The notes under the pieces are model-generated. The model was not told the DNA's origin. It made no database searches and saw nothing but the letters and a program-made list of their open reading frames with translations. From Limisphaerales bacterium (GTDB lineage: Bacteria > Verrucomicrobiota > Verrucomicrobiia > Limisphaerales > JADJPG01), in contig JBGARF010000002.1 of the NCBI GenBank assembly GCA_044230345.1, positions 193,291 to 257,290 of the forward strand: DNA of 64,000 bases, written 5' to 3'. A program made the translations under genes and the position numbers. Positions 36,026 to 48,118 of this stretch are shown in pieces. Position 1 is the stretch's first letter. The number at the start of each line of letters is the position of its first letter.

Positions 36026-37579
36026 CTACTCTGCGGGCACGGTGTTCATCGTGTAGAAGGCGGCAGGATGGAGCAGCGGGCGGCCGTCGGCCGATTTCAC
36101 CCCGGGCAGATGCAGCTCATGCACGTGACCTTCCTGTAGTCCGTCCACCACCAAGCGCACGCTGCGACCATCCGCCGCCACCGCGGCGCTCGAAATTGTC
36201 GGTGTGGTTTTGTCGACCTCGGGGCTGCCGTAACTCGACTGATAAATGTAGGTGTAGGTCTCCATGCGATACGACGCGATCGCGGCCGCGCTGGCTGGAT
36301 CCACCGGCGCGGTAAAGGTGAGCTCAAAACCGTTATGCTTCGCGTGCATCTCGTGAATCTCGAACGGGGTCTTGCCGGTCCAGTTCAATCGCTCGAGCGC
36401 GAAGGGTTTACCGCCCCGCGCACCCCATCCCCGGTCGGTGCCCTGCACGAAGAGCGACCCATCCGGGCCAAACTCAAGCGCGAGGCTCCCCGAGCCAAAG
36501 CCTTGACGATGCATGATGCAGGCGCCCTGATAACGTCCGTTCACCTTTTCCAACGCCACGCGCATCACGGTGCTGTGGGTTTGATCGCCGACAAACAACT
36601 GCTTCGCGAACGGGCCGAACTTGCCGGCTGTCGCATCGCAGGCGATGCCGGACGCAGATTGCCCCATCTTCGGATAGGGAAAATACACGGCCGGCAGGCG
36701 CAGCTTTGCAATCTGTTTTGCCGCGGCGACCATGCGTCCACCGCTCTTCGGTTCTTCCGGCCTGGGGCCGAGCAATTCGGTTTCGTGCTCGTTCCACCAG
36801 CGAACGCCACCGGGATGACCGACGAACTCTCCGGGCACGAGATGTTTCAGTGCACAAGCACCATTCCACGGCCCCTGGTTGTCCGTGTAAAACATGTCAC
36901 CCAGCGCGTTGGTGCCGATGCCGCCCGGGGACCGGATGCCCACCGTCGTTGGCAGCGTTTTCCCGTCGGCTCCGACCCGCAGACACCAGCCACGATACGG
37001 ATTGTCGCTGCCGAACGAGCCGGTGAGACAGAGCACGACCCAGATGTTGCCCTCGCGATCGAACTTCGAGCCGAAGGCATATTCGTGGTAATCGCCGTTG
37101 ATCCCCCAGAAATCGCTCACCGTCTCAAACACATCCGCGCGTCCGTCGCCGTTGGTGTCCTTCATTCGAGTCACTTCGCCACGCTGCGTGCAGTAGAGCC
37201 AGCCGTCACGCCAGGTCAGACCCAGCACTTCATGCAAGCCGCTGGCGAATTGGGTGAATTTGACCTTGGCGGGATCGTTGCCAAACGCGCCTTCGACCAG
37301 AAAGATATCGCCGAGCCGAGTTGCGGTGGCGAGTCGTCCATCGGGCAGGAGCTGCAGCGCGCCCGCTTCGAGCACCACTCCGGCGGGAATCGGCAAAGTA
37401 GTGATCCGATAGTATTCATCCTCGGCGGAAGCCGCGGCGTTCTTCGGCGCCGCCGCGAGGGTCGACGACGCCAAGGACGCCAAGCTCAGGCCCATGACCA
37501 AACCAAGTCCCCAGCTCGGCCGGACGATGGATCGGCGGGAGGAGTTCACCAGGCAGATCGTTTTGTTCCAGAGTTTCAT
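36026..37579 (-). CDS. secreted beta-propeller protein, glucose/sorbosone-dehydrogenase-like (partner of the cytochrome)
   Basis: ATG at 37579 has GAGG 6 nt upstream. The ORF-track GTG at 37594 overlaps the upstream stop codon. Signal-like [21 protein letters not shown]. Propeller-like segments ([50 protein letters not shown]). The functional call is weak. Confidence 0.7.
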   Translation of the reverse strand: MKLWNKTICLVNSSRRSIVRPSWGLGLVMGLSLASLASSTLAAAPKNAAASAEDEYYRITTLPIPAGVVLEAGALQLLPDGRLATATRLGDIFLVEGAFGNDPAKVKFTQFASGLHEVLGLTWRDGWLYCTQRGEVTRMKDTNGDGRADVFETVSDFWGINGDYHEYAFGSKFDREGNIWVVLCLTGSFGSDNPYRGWCLRVGADGKTLPTTVGIRSPGGIGTNALGDMFYTDNQGPWNGACALKHLVPGEFVGHPGGVRWWNEHETELLGPRPEEPKSGGRMVAAAKQIAKLRLPAVYFPYPKMGQSASGIACDATAGKFGPFAKQLFVGDQTHSTVMRVALEKVNGRYQGACIMHRQGFGSGSLALEFGPDGSLFVQGTDRGWGARGGKPFALERLNWTGKTPFEIHEMHAKHNGFELTFTAPVDPASAAAIASYRMETYTYIYQSSYGSPEVDKTTPTISSAAVAADGRSVRLVVDGLQEGHVHELHLPGVKSADGRPLLHPAAFYTMNTVPAE

Positions 37580-37587
37580 ACCAAACC

Positions 37588-40398
37588 TCACCACAAAATC
37601 TCCTCCACCATGGCGGCCTCGCCCGCGTTGAAGACGAGCGGGACCAGCAACTCGCTGCGTCCGGCGCTCGACCGCACCACCGGCGCACCCGCGCCGGAGA
37701 TTTTCAATCTCACCTTTCCGTCGGCGAGGAACGTGCCGTCCGGGTTCACGTCGATCTTTGTCCCGACCCAGGCCCGGAACCAGAGCTGGTCCGCAGTGGA
37801 TCCCTGAAGCTTGAACGTGCGCCGGAACGACGCGTCCAGTTCTCCCGACACCGCGATCGGATAGTCGTCAATCTGGACGTCGCCGAAGGCGTATCGGAAG
37901 GTGGGCCGTCGACGCTCGTCGAGGGTATAGCCGCGCATTTGGAAGCCACCCGCCTTGCCGGTCGCAGTGGGCCACGCCGAGGTGGAGTCCGCGAGCCGGG
38001 CGAATGCGGGGCCCACCGGCATTTTCAGCACATTGTATCCCAGCGGCCCGATAAAGCCTTCGCCGCGTCCAGCCCGATGCCGTGCGGCATCCACAAACGG
38101 CCCCTGCCACACCGAGGCCAGACGCAATTCGTTCGCGTCAAAGCAAAGGTTCGCCTTTTCCGGATATCCCACTCCGATTGCACGGGAAATGCCGTCGATG
38201 AAGTTTCGATAGATCACCGCCTCGGTGCCCGCGACGAGCTCGGCTTTGCCCTGGATCAACCCGTCGGGAACACCGACTTCACGCGCGCGCGACAGATACG
38301 CCCAAACGGCGCCGATCTGCCGTTCGGTGTTGCCCCCAAGAATGTCTTTGTTCGCGCTCTCTCCGTTCGGCCAGAACGCCGGCATCCGCGTCCCCGGACG
38401 CAACGACGACGGCTCCAGCAAATAACGTCGGAACCAGTCCTTCTTCAGCCGCTTGGTCATCAATGTGAGATCCATCGCGGGAACACCCAGGGATTTGTAG
38501 GGCCCGAACGTATGGCACGCCACACAGGTGAGGCCGCCCGCACCGACCAGCTTGCGCCCGTGCTTCGCGTCGATCGCGTCGGTCGGCGAATCCGCCGCGC
38601 CCGTGCTGTCCGCCCGCTCGAACGCGGCAAGCAAATGCTCCACGTTCTCCGCGCCGAACTGAGGCATGCGCGTCGCCATGTACGGCCGCGCCATTCCCTT
38701 GTTCAACAGGACCTCGCGTGCCCAATCAGGCCGCAGCTTGTCACCCACCCTGGTCAGGTGCGGAGGCACGCGTCCCTCGTCGCCCAAATCAACTTCGCCG
38801 ATGCTCGTAAAATATTCCGTGCGCGCCCCGGGACCGCCGACGCCGTCACGCGAGTGGCAGGCCAGGCAGTTCAAGGCCGCAAGCGTGTGCCCCACTCGCG
38901 AACGATCATCCCGCGGCTGCGACAGGGTTCCCGCCTTCCGCAACGTGGCCCGGAGCGCCTCACGTTGCGCCACGCTCAAGCCGAACTTCGGCGCCCCCAC
39001 CGGAGGCACATCGGCCAGGCAACCCCGCGAAGGATCGACGGCGCGCAAGGAGGGCGGTGGCGCGACGGACGATTTGGGTGGCAGACCGTCGATCTGATGA
39101 CAGGAAACACAACCGAACCGGCTGAACACCTGCCGGCCGGCCTCCGCCTTTGCTGCATCCACGACAAAATCGTTCTCCTCGCCCAACGGCAGCATCGGCT
39201 GGCCTTGATGCGACAACACCGAGCCAGGAATCTCCTGCTTGTTGATGCCGGGTCCTTTCCACAGCACCTTCAGCACGATCTCTCCTCCGCCATTGAAGTA
39301 ATCCACCTGGATCGCATGATCGCCCGCCGCCAGTTTCGTTACCCCCTTCACCTCGGTGGTTGGATGGATGCCATCATTCTCCACGATCTGCTGGCCGTCG
39401 ATGAAGAGCCGTGTGCCGTCGTCCGAGGAAGTGTAAAAGGTGAACTCGCCATCCCGCGGCACGGTCAGGAGGCCGGTGTAGCGAAACCCGATGTTCGAGT
39501 CACGCCGACGGGGCGCGAGGCTGAACGACTCGACCACGCCGCTGGAAACGGGCTGGAGCGAATCGAGCCGGGTCGTGTCCGGCACGCCACCTTCAAAGTA
39601 TTGGTAGGCCAATCCCTTGATCCGGCGGGCGGGACGTGAAGGGTCGGTCAATCCGGATGCCTGCTCGCGCAACAAATACGTGGCAATCGCCGTCGCCTCG
39701 CCCAACGTCAGGCTCATCGAAGGCATGCGACCGGACGGGCGGGACTTGAGGGGATCGAGCAGAAATCGGGCGAGCTCCTCGACGGTGGTCTTGCGGGCCA
39801 GTGGACCGAAGGGAACGGACGCGGCCCGCAGCTCGGCCAAACTGGGGTCGGCATCGCCCATCGGCGTTTGGAGCGCCGCCACCGACACATCCGGAGCATG
39901 GCAGGCGACACAGCCGACCGAGTGGTAGAGCGTTCGGCCTTGCTTCAATTTCAATTGGTCGGCCGCGGCTGAAGACGGCACTGCGCCATTCGAGGGATGG
40001 AGCGACGAAATGAAATGCGTCAATTCGTCCACTGCCTTGGCTTTGGTTGGCGCGGCGAGCCCGTGCAATGGATCCGGCATGGTTGTGCCGGGTTTCTCGC
40101 GATGAGGATTGTCGAGGAAGGCGCGGAGAAATTGCGGTGTGAGGCGTGGCGCACCGTCTCCGAGCCTGGGACTTTGGCGCGAAGCCAGTCGCTCCCGGGC
40201 CGCGGCGTCAGCCGAATGGCAAGCGACGCAGTTCAATTCGCCCAGCAAACGGTCACCGGGGTCGACCCCGGCGAGCAGCGGCGACGCTGGGCCAAGGATC
40301 GCGCCGGAAGACTCCGCGCCGCGCCCGGTGACTGCCGCCAGGCACACGGCCAAGCCCGCGGCCAACCGACCCAGCCCAAAGGATTGCGCAATGTTCAT
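37588..40398 (-). CDS. multi-haem c-type cytochrome (five CxxCH) with embedded PA14 domain
   Basis: Signal-like [25 protein letters not shown]. Haem motifs CVACH (three times), CVSCH and CLACH. PA14-like [45 protein letters not shown] between haem sites 2 and 3. Confidence 0.88.
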   Translation of the reverse strand: MNIAQSFGLGRLAAGLAVCLAAVTGRGAESSGAILGPASPLLAGVDPGDRLLGELNCVACHSADAAARERLASRQSPRLGDGAPRLTPQFLRAFLDNPHREKPGTTMPDPLHGLAAPTKAKAVDELTHFISSLHPSNGAVPSSAAADQLKLKQGRTLYHSVGCVACHAPDVSVAALQTPMGDADPSLAELRAASVPFGPLARKTTVEELARFLLDPLKSRPSGRMPSMSLTLGEATAIATYLLREQASGLTDPSRPARRIKGLAYQYFEGGVPDTTRLDSLQPVSSGVVESFSLAPRRRDSNIGFRYTGLLTVPRDGEFTFYTSSDDGTRLFIDGQQIVENDGIHPTTEVKGVTKLAAGDHAIQVDYFNGGGEIVLKVLWKGPGINKQEIPGSVLSHQGQPMLPLGEENDFVVDAAKAEAGRQVFSRFGCVSCHQIDGLPPKSSVAPPPSLRAVDPSRGCLADVPPVGAPKFGLSVAQREALRATLRKAGTLSQPRDDRSRVGHTLAALNCLACHSRDGVGGPGARTEYFTSIGEVDLGDEGRVPPHLTRVGDKLRPDWAREVLLNKGMARPYMATRMPQFGAENVEHLLAAFERADSTGAADSPTDAIDAKHGRKLVGAGGLTCVACHTFGPYKSLGVPAMDLTLMTKRLKKDWFRRYLLEPSSLRPGTRMPAFWPNGESANKDILGGNTERQIGAVWAYLSRAREVGVPDGLIQGKAELVAGTEAVIYRNFIDGISRAIGVGYPEKANLCFDANELRLASVWQGPFVDAARHRAGRGEGFIGPLGYNVLKMPVGPAFARLADSTSAWPTATGKAGGFQMRGYTLDERRRPTFRYAFGDVQIDDYPIAVSGELDASFRRTFKLQGSTADQLWFRAWVGTKIDVNPDGTFLADGKVRLKISGAGAPVVRSSAGRSELLVPLVFNAGEAAMVEEILW

Positions 40399-40619
40399 CG
40401 AGAATGAGTGCGGGCTTTGATGAAGGTGCCACCACCGAAATTCAATGGAACTCCGGCTTGGCAGCCGTTTGCTTGATCTTCTTGCGAAGGCCTTCGTTGT
40501 TCGTCGCTTGCGTATTTCACCTCAATACGCGCACTCCTCACGCCTCGGCCTTCGCCAGCATCTGCGGCGCAACCGTCCACCGCCCAACTGAATCGTTCCG
40601 GCATAGCCGGAACGCTGGG

Positions 40620-40712
40620 GGTGCAATTAAATGCGGGTGAGGGTGCAAGGCGTTTAGCTCGCGCCCCACGCGACTCCCTCTCCCCTCAACGGGGAGAGGT
40701 TTAATCACACCC
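40620..40712. repeat. MITE-like element (short copy) with 12-bp terminal inverted repeats
   Basis: Runs from ggtgcaattaaa to tttaatcacacc. The core gggtgagggtgcaaggcgtttagctcgcgccccacgcgactccctctcccctcaacggggagagg is colinear with 34237-34398 minus two internal blocks. Flanked by aacgctggg (40611-40619) and aacgccggg (40714-40722). Confidence 0.7.
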
Positions 40713-40775
40713 GAACGCCGGGCGACTTGAAACCATGGCTTGCCTTTGGCCCGTGATCCCCGCACGGTTCAAGTC

Positions 40776-42455
40776 ATGCATGCGAGGTTTCGGCCCTTTC
40801 TCCTGACGTCGACGAACATTCTGCTCGCGTTGACCGCGTTCAGCCTGGCGGCGCAAAGCAATCTTCTGACCAACGCCAGCTTCGAGAAGCCCGGCGCCAA
40901 TCCCATTACCTACCGCTGCATTCTCAACGACCTGCCGGAGTGGGAATTTGCATCGAACGGCGCCAACCGTTGTCCCGCGAGCGCCCCCCACGGGAACGTG
41001 ATCGTGTCGTTCGATTCATTCCTTGCGCAGAACGTTCCCACCGTGCCGGGGCGCCGGTATTACCTGAAGTTTGCGTCGCAGGGCGGATTCACCGGGGCGA
41101 GCTTCGGATCGCAGCTGGTCACGACCCTCACCAACCTGGGAGGAACCAATTACTACTTTAACCAACCTTGGTTCTATTCTTACTGTCACTTCGAAGCCAC
41201 CACCGGCGCGGTCACCCGCCTTTCGCTCCTGGCCACCCAATGGGTCAACGTGGACGACCTGTTGCTCGGCTGGCTGGACGAACCGATCTCGCTGGTGCAG
41301 CCGCCGGCCGCGACGGAAGCACCACTGGGCGGACGGGCAACCCTGACGGTCAAGGCTCAGGGCGGGCCCCCGTTGTCGTACCAGTGGTTCAAGGATTCGG
41401 CCGCCATTGCTGGCGCCACAGGCGCGGTCTATTACATCACGAATGGGACCTCCGAGACGGCCGGCCTGTATCACGTCGTTGTCTCGAACCATGTCAACGC
41501 AGTCGCCAGCGCGCCCGTGCACCTCAGCATCGATGCGTCACCCCGGGAGCCGCAGGTGACGTTTCAGCCGGAGGGATTCGAGCTTATCGCGGGGTCGGCC
41601 GCCGTCCTCCGATCGGCTGCCAGTGGCACTCCGCCGCTGCGTCTGCAGTGGCGAAGGAACGGGACGAATCTTCCCGGTGAAACCAACACGCTAATCAAGT
41701 TCACGCCGTTGTCGGTGGAGCAGGCCGGCGTCTACGAGTTGACCGTGGAAAACTCGCACGGCTCAACGGTCAGCCTGCCAGCCACGGTGGTCGTCAAGAC
41801 CGCTGCCCGCGTCGGTGCGCTGCAGTTTTACTCGAACACCTTTCCTGCCTATCGTCAGCCCTGCTTCGACAGCGACGGCATGACGCCTCTGGCGGGATCG
41901 GCTTACCAGTGCCAGTTCTATGCCGGCGAGAGTTCCGAGCGGATGTCGCCGTTGGGATTGCCCCAGGAGTTCCGATCCGGTGGGCTGGCCGGCCTTCCCA
42001 CGTCGCTTCCCACTCTGTGGTTCACCTTTCCGGACAGTTCCACCAACTGGAACATCCAGTATCAATTGCGTGCGTGGGAGTCTGCCTTCGGTGCCTCGTA
42101 TGAAGAGTCACGTTCGCTCGGAGGCAAGGTCGGGAAGTCCGTCCTGCGATCGCAAACGCTGAAGCCAATCAACGTGCCCCCGGGACAGGTCATTGCGCCC
42201 GGGCTGACGCTGCTCGCCGGCCTGCCCGGCTTTACCACCGGTCGAATCGCCGCAGGCGGAACCACCGAGGATGGTCTGGTCGAATGGGAACTGACGGGAG
42301 CCGCGGGCTATACCTATCTGATTGAACGCCGGCATCCCCCGCACACCTGGCTCCCGTTTCAGGTGCTCAGCAACACCTCGGGGATCGTCATTTTCACCGA
42401 TCCCAACCAACACGCTCATTCCCCCGGTTTCTACCGGGCCCGCATGCTGGATTAG
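40776..42455 (+). CDS. secreted protein with N-terminal CBM/DUF642-like region and tandem Ig-like (I-set-like) domains
   Basis: The ATG at 40776 gives the signal peptide MHARFRPFLLTSTNILLALTAFSLAAQS (the ORF track starts at a TTG at 40740). Ig-like LSYQWFKDSAAIAG..AGLYHVVVSN and LRLQWRRNGTNLPG..AGVYELTVEN. Ends PGFYRARMLD. Confidence 0.85.
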   Translation: MHARFRPFLLTSTNILLALTAFSLAAQSNLLTNASFEKPGANPITYRCILNDLPEWEFASNGANRCPASAPHGNVIVSFDSFLAQNVPTVPGRRYYLKFASQGGFTGASFGSQLVTTLTNLGGTNYYFNQPWFYSYCHFEATTGAVTRLSLLATQWVNVDDLLLGWLDEPISLVQPPAATEAPLGGRATLTVKAQGGPPLSYQWFKDSAAIAGATGAVYYITNGTSETAGLYHVVVSNHVNAVASAPVHLSIDASPREPQVTFQPEGFELIAGSAAVLRSAASGTPPLRLQWRRNGTNLPGETNTLIKFTPLSVEQAGVYELTVENSHGSTVSLPATVVVKTAARVGALQFYSNTFPAYRQPCFDSDGMTPLAGSAYQCQFYAGESSERMSPLGLPQEFRSGGLAGLPTSLPTLWFTFPDSSTNWNIQYQLRAWESAFGASYEESRSLGGKVGKSVLRSQTLKPINVPPGQVIAPGLTLLAGLPGFTTGRIAAGGTTEDGLVEWELTGAAGYTYLIERRHPPHTWLPFQVLSNTSGIVIFTDPNQHAHSPGFYRARMLD

Positions 42456-42575
42456 AACCCAGCCCAGCAAGAGGGAGGGGGCGCGCTGCGAGAGATTTTT
42501 GGCGGCGGCAAGGCGGGAGAATGGTCGCCAGCATCACGCAGGGGAAACACTTCGCAGGGCTCGAAGGCACCAAGC

Positions 42576-44790
<2,215 letters not shown>

Positions 44791-44791
44791 G

Positions 44792-44820
44792 AACCTAGGG
44801 AGAAGGCGGGGCAGCGTCAA
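44792..44820 (-). promoter_or_regulatory. candidate sigma-70-type promoter for the thiC leader
   Basis: On the minus strand: TTGACG (44820-44815), a 17-nt spacer, then TAGGTT (44797-44792). This places a start site a few nt before the aptamer. Confidence 0.35.
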
Positions 44821-44953
44821 GGGCGTGATCACTGCCGGTGCGTTCGGCCTTGTTCCGTTTCGACCCCTCGACCGGCCATCCACGAGGGTTGGCACGGCAA
44901 ATCAAAAATCAAAAGTGGGAAGCCATCCCGGCCCCTCCGCAAACGCCCCGACC

Positions 44954-46348
44954 TCACGGCGCCACGGAAGGACGCGCAGCGGGAGCAATCTCGCGCACGG
45001 GGGCCAGCACCGGCAGTTCTAGCGTGAACGTCGCGCCCGCGCCGGAACCTCCGCTGTGAGCCTGCAGGCTGCCGCCCATCTCGAGCGCGTCATTGGCCGC
45101 ACCGTGCAGCCCAAAGCCGTGCCCGTCGGGTTTCGTGGTGAACCCGAACTGAAAGATCCGCGGTCGATCTTCCGGGGCGATGCCCGTTCCGTTGTCCGTC
45201 ACGCTCACCTGAACGAACCCGGGCCGGCTTGAGGTCAGGCGCAATCCCAGGCGCTTGTCAGCCCGCACGACCGCTTGCACCGCGTCCGCCGCGTTGTTGA
45301 TCAGATTGATCAGAATGTGCAGGACCTTGTGCTTGTCGACGGCCACCGGGGGAACATCCTCAAAGTGGCGCTCAATCTCCACTCCGGCTGCGGCCAGGGG
45401 CTCGAGTTGGGCGCGCAGCGCCTCGTCGAGCAGCGAGCGCAACTCCACCTTTTCGATCACCGGCTTGACCCTCGCATGATCCTGCTGGCGCGCGACAACC
45501 TGTTTGATCTGGTGGATTCCCTTGACCACACACTTGACCTCGCCGGCGATGGCAGCGTGCTCGTCGGCCAGCGCGCGGGCGAGTTCGGGCAAATATTTCG
45601 CCACCAGCCGACCGCGCGCGTCATTCGCGATGAAACGGGCCAGCTCGTCGGTATCCCTCGGCAGCAGTGCCACCAACTGTTGCAGGTTCCCCATGTGGGA
45701 TTGGGCGAGATGATCTTCGATTAGCGACGTTGAAATATTTACGCTGGTCAGGGCGTTTCCCACATTGTGCAGCACGGAGGTGGCGATCTGCGCCATGCCG
45801 GCGAGCCGCGAACACTGCATCAGTTTGTCGCGAGTCCGGACCAGGGCCTGCTCCGCCTGCGTTCGGGCGATGAGCGAATACGCGAGCTGACGGAGCTCAA
45901 GGTTGTCGATGGGTTTCTGCAGGATGAGCAGGCGATCGCTTCGTCCGAGATGCGGCACGATGCCGGCCCAATCGAGATTATTGAAAGCGAGGCAGAGCAC
46001 GATGGGCAAATCCGGTTGCATCTGCCAGAGGCGCTCGACCGCGGAGATTTCCTCCCAACAGGACGCCGCCAGCCCCACAAATGCGACCGCGATGCCCTGT
46101 TCCTGGGCCAGCGAGAGGCGCATGACTTCCAGGCCCTCCGCCCAGTTCGGGGCAAACTCCAAATCCAAAATGGGAAAACTGCCCGATCGCGGGCCGTCAG
46201 ACACCGCCTCCGCCCCGCCGGAGGCGGCGCCATCGTCGGGCGCGTGCCAGGACGATTCCTCCGGCCAGATGGGCTCCAGCAACCGACGAAACTCGGCATA
46301 GGTGGCGGGGTCGGAGTCGATGACCAGCAAGCGCGCGCGCGATCGCAT
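44954..46348 (-). CDS. histidine kinase with degenerate N-terminal receiver-like domain
   Basis: HisKA-like SRLAGMAQIATSVLHNVGNAL. HATPase motifs NLINNAADA, DNGTGI, GHGFGLH. The N-terminal domain is colinear with receiver 1 of the 48119 protein but carries G at the phospho-acceptor position (AVAFVGLAAS versus [10 protein letters not shown]). The ATG at 46348 (MRSRARLLVIDSD) is preferred over the GTG at 46417. Confidence 0.85.
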   Translation of the reverse strand: MRSRARLLVIDSDPATYAEFRRLLEPIWPEESSWHAPDDGAASGGAEAVSDGPRSGSFPILDLEFAPNWAEGLEVMRLSLAQEQGIAVAFVGLAASCWEEISAVERLWQMQPDLPIVLCLAFNNLDWAGIVPHLGRSDRLLILQKPIDNLELRQLAYSLIARTQAEQALVRTRDKLMQCSRLAGMAQIATSVLHNVGNALTSVNISTSLIEDHLAQSHMGNLQQLVALLPRDTDELARFIANDARGRLVAKYLPELARALADEHAAIAGEVKCVVKGIHQIKQVVARQQDHARVKPVIEKVELRSLLDEALRAQLEPLAAAGVEIERHFEDVPPVAVDKHKVLHILINLINNAADAVQAVVRADKRLGLRLTSSRPGFVQVSVTDNGTGIAPEDRPRIFQFGFTTKPDGHGFGLHGAANDALEMGGSLQAHSGGSGAGATFTLELPVLAPVREIAPAARPSVAP

Positions 46349-46447
46349 GGCGTGGGTTTGGTTAGGCGGGGACTTCCCGGGGCCGACAGCGAACAGCGAA
46401 ATCCGGCCAACGGACACGGCCGCCCGCTCGTGCCGCGCCGGAAATGC

Positions 46448-46852
46448 TCACGCCCCAGCCTCCCCGGCAGTTCTGCGCGCGGCAAAACGGGCGCGAATCT
46501 TTTCAACCCGATCGAGGCAGTACTCCACCGCGTCGGCATCGCCTGCCTCGGGATTCTCCGCCGCCAACTGACTCAGCCAACGGCCCTCGTCTGCGGCCAG
46601 GGCGGCTTCAACGTCACCGAGTGTTTCCACGCCGGACGCAATGGTCACAAAGGCGCTCCGAACCCCGGCCCACGATTCAGCTCCGGCTCCGGCTCCAGCT
46701 GCGCCGGCCGGGGTCGATGCAACCCGTTTCAGTGCGCCCAGGAGGTCGATCACCCGCTGTTCGAGGCGCGCCAGTTCAGCGCGACTCTCCTCCGCTCGTC
46801 GCCGGACGGGCGGAGGCTGCAGGCGCGGCAAGCGGACGGCGGAAAGGTTCAT
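46448..46852 (-). CDS. small Ala/Arg-rich hypothetical protein (134 aa), translationally coupled
   Basis: ATGA start/stop overlap with the upstream gene at 46849-46852. Helical heptad-like segments AELARLEQRVIDLLGALKRV and VEYCLDRVEKIRARFAARR. Sits in the gap between two recognisable genes of the same operon. No recognisable family. Confidence 0.55.
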   Translation of the reverse strand: MNLSAVRLPRLQPPPVRRRAEESRAELARLEQRVIDLLGALKRVASTPAGAAGAGAGAESWAGVRSAFVTIASGVETLGDVEAALAADEGRWLSQLAAENPEAGDADAVEYCLDRVEKIRARFAARRTAGEAGA

Positions 46853-48114
46853 GCGGCCTGGCTTCGCTGCAAATAGCTGACCGGCCAGTAGTCGCAGATC
46901 TCCAGACAGACGAAGCGGTGCGCCAAGTGCTGGGTGGCCTCGAGACTCAATGCCATGGCGCGGGCAATCTCCTCGATCGAAAGCGGATTTTGCATCAACT
47001 CCGCGAACCGGACTTCGTCATCGTTCAGACTGATCTGCTGAATTCGTTCGTAGCCGAGCCGGGTAAAACTCGGCACCCCGCTGGATCGACACCACGTCAC
47101 CCGTCCGAGATGCTCAAAACGGACCCGCCGCAGGCTCTCGAGCGACCAGCTGGTCATGGAGCCGCGAAAGCCGGCCCGGCCGGCCGCGTAAGCCGGCAGC
47201 GGCACTGAAGCGAAGGAGAAGTTCCCCCGGCGCGCCGACCAGATCGGAGCAAAGAGACGCCACCCTTGCTCGAGACAGAGACGCGCCGCTTCGTCATCGG
47301 GAATCATCCCCTCCTTCGCGAGGCTGAGGTAAACCGGACAGCCGTCACGGGCCTGCGCTGCCCGCGCTTTTTCCCAGGCGCCCGCCTGCGCCGGCGACGG
47401 AGCAAAGTCGGACCCTTCCAGGTAACGCGACGGCGCGCTGCAGGTCAGCAGCACCACCGCTCCGCTGCACACCGACATCTCCAGGCGGTCCCCGGCCAGA
47501 TCGACGCTCAACACGCCGGTCGCGCGCTCTTCTTCAATCGCCTGTAAGGCGCCAAAAATCGGAAAGTGCGCGATGTCCCCGCGAAAGCCAAAACCGGACG
47601 CCTCGCCGGCCACGCGGGCGGAGACCGGCGAAGGGGCGACTGAATTGCCCGGAGACTGGAGAGGGGCTGACGCGACGGTCTGCTCAGCCTTGGCCGCCGA
47701 CGACGTCGGAACCGTTCGCGTTTCGGGGCGGCTGGCGCGGGGATTGGCCAGGACAGCGGTGAGGGTCGAACAGAGCAGCTCGGCCTTGAACGGCTTGGCG
47801 AGGCCGCGCACAACATTCTCGTATTCCGACTGGGTGCGCGTAATCTCCGCCACATTGCTGCTCATCAGCACCACTGGCAGGCCCGCCGTCCGCGCATCCT
47901 TGAGCAACTCCTCGCAGACGGCGTCGCCGCGCAAATCCGGAAGAATGAAATCGAGCAGGATCAAATCCGGCGCCTCTTCCTGGGCGCTCGTCAGGCCTTC
48001 GCGTCCGTCCTTGGCCAGCACCACTTCTGCGTCGCTCATCTGAGCGCTCAACGTCGCCCGAATAAACTGGCGAAGGGTCAGGCTGTCATCGATGACCAGA
48101 ATTCGTTTTCCCAT
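46849..48114 (-). CDS. response regulator: receiver + PATAN/DUF4388-like domain + C-terminal extension
   Basis: Receiver KRILVIDDSLTLRQ..DLILLDFILPD..LAKPF. PATAN-like FRGDIAHFPIFGALQAIEEERATGVLSVDLAGDRLEMSV. Confidence 0.8.
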   Translation of the reverse strand: MGKRILVIDDSLTLRQFIRATLSAQMSDAEVVLAKDGREGLTSAQEEAPDLILLDFILPDLRGDAVCEELLKDARTAGLPVVLMSSNVAEITRTQSEYENVVRGLAKPFKAELLCSTLTAVLANPRASRPETRTVPTSSAAKAEQTVASAPLQSPGNSVAPSPVSARVAGEASGFGFRGDIAHFPIFGALQAIEEERATGVLSVDLAGDRLEMSVCSGAVVLLTCSAPSRYLEGSDFAPSPAQAGAWEKARAAQARDGCPVYLSLAKEGMIPDDEAARLCLEQGWRLFAPIWSARRGNFSFASVPLPAYAAGRAGFRGSMTSWSLESLRRVRFEHLGRVTWCRSSGVPSFTRLGYERIQQISLNDDEVRFAELMQNPLSIEEIARAMALSLEATQHLAHRFVCLEICDYWPVSYLQRSQAA

Positions 48115-48118
48115 TTTT

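Noticed and set aside
35222-36315. ORFs 35222..35527, 35588..35950, 35700..35999 and 35881..36315 inside or abutting the repeat array.
   Set aside because: Their peptides (RFMESCPFFSDLLTRHEP, RFMGSCLFLSDLLTGHEPW and duplicated Arg/Ala-rich stretches) are simply translations of the repeated DNA units.
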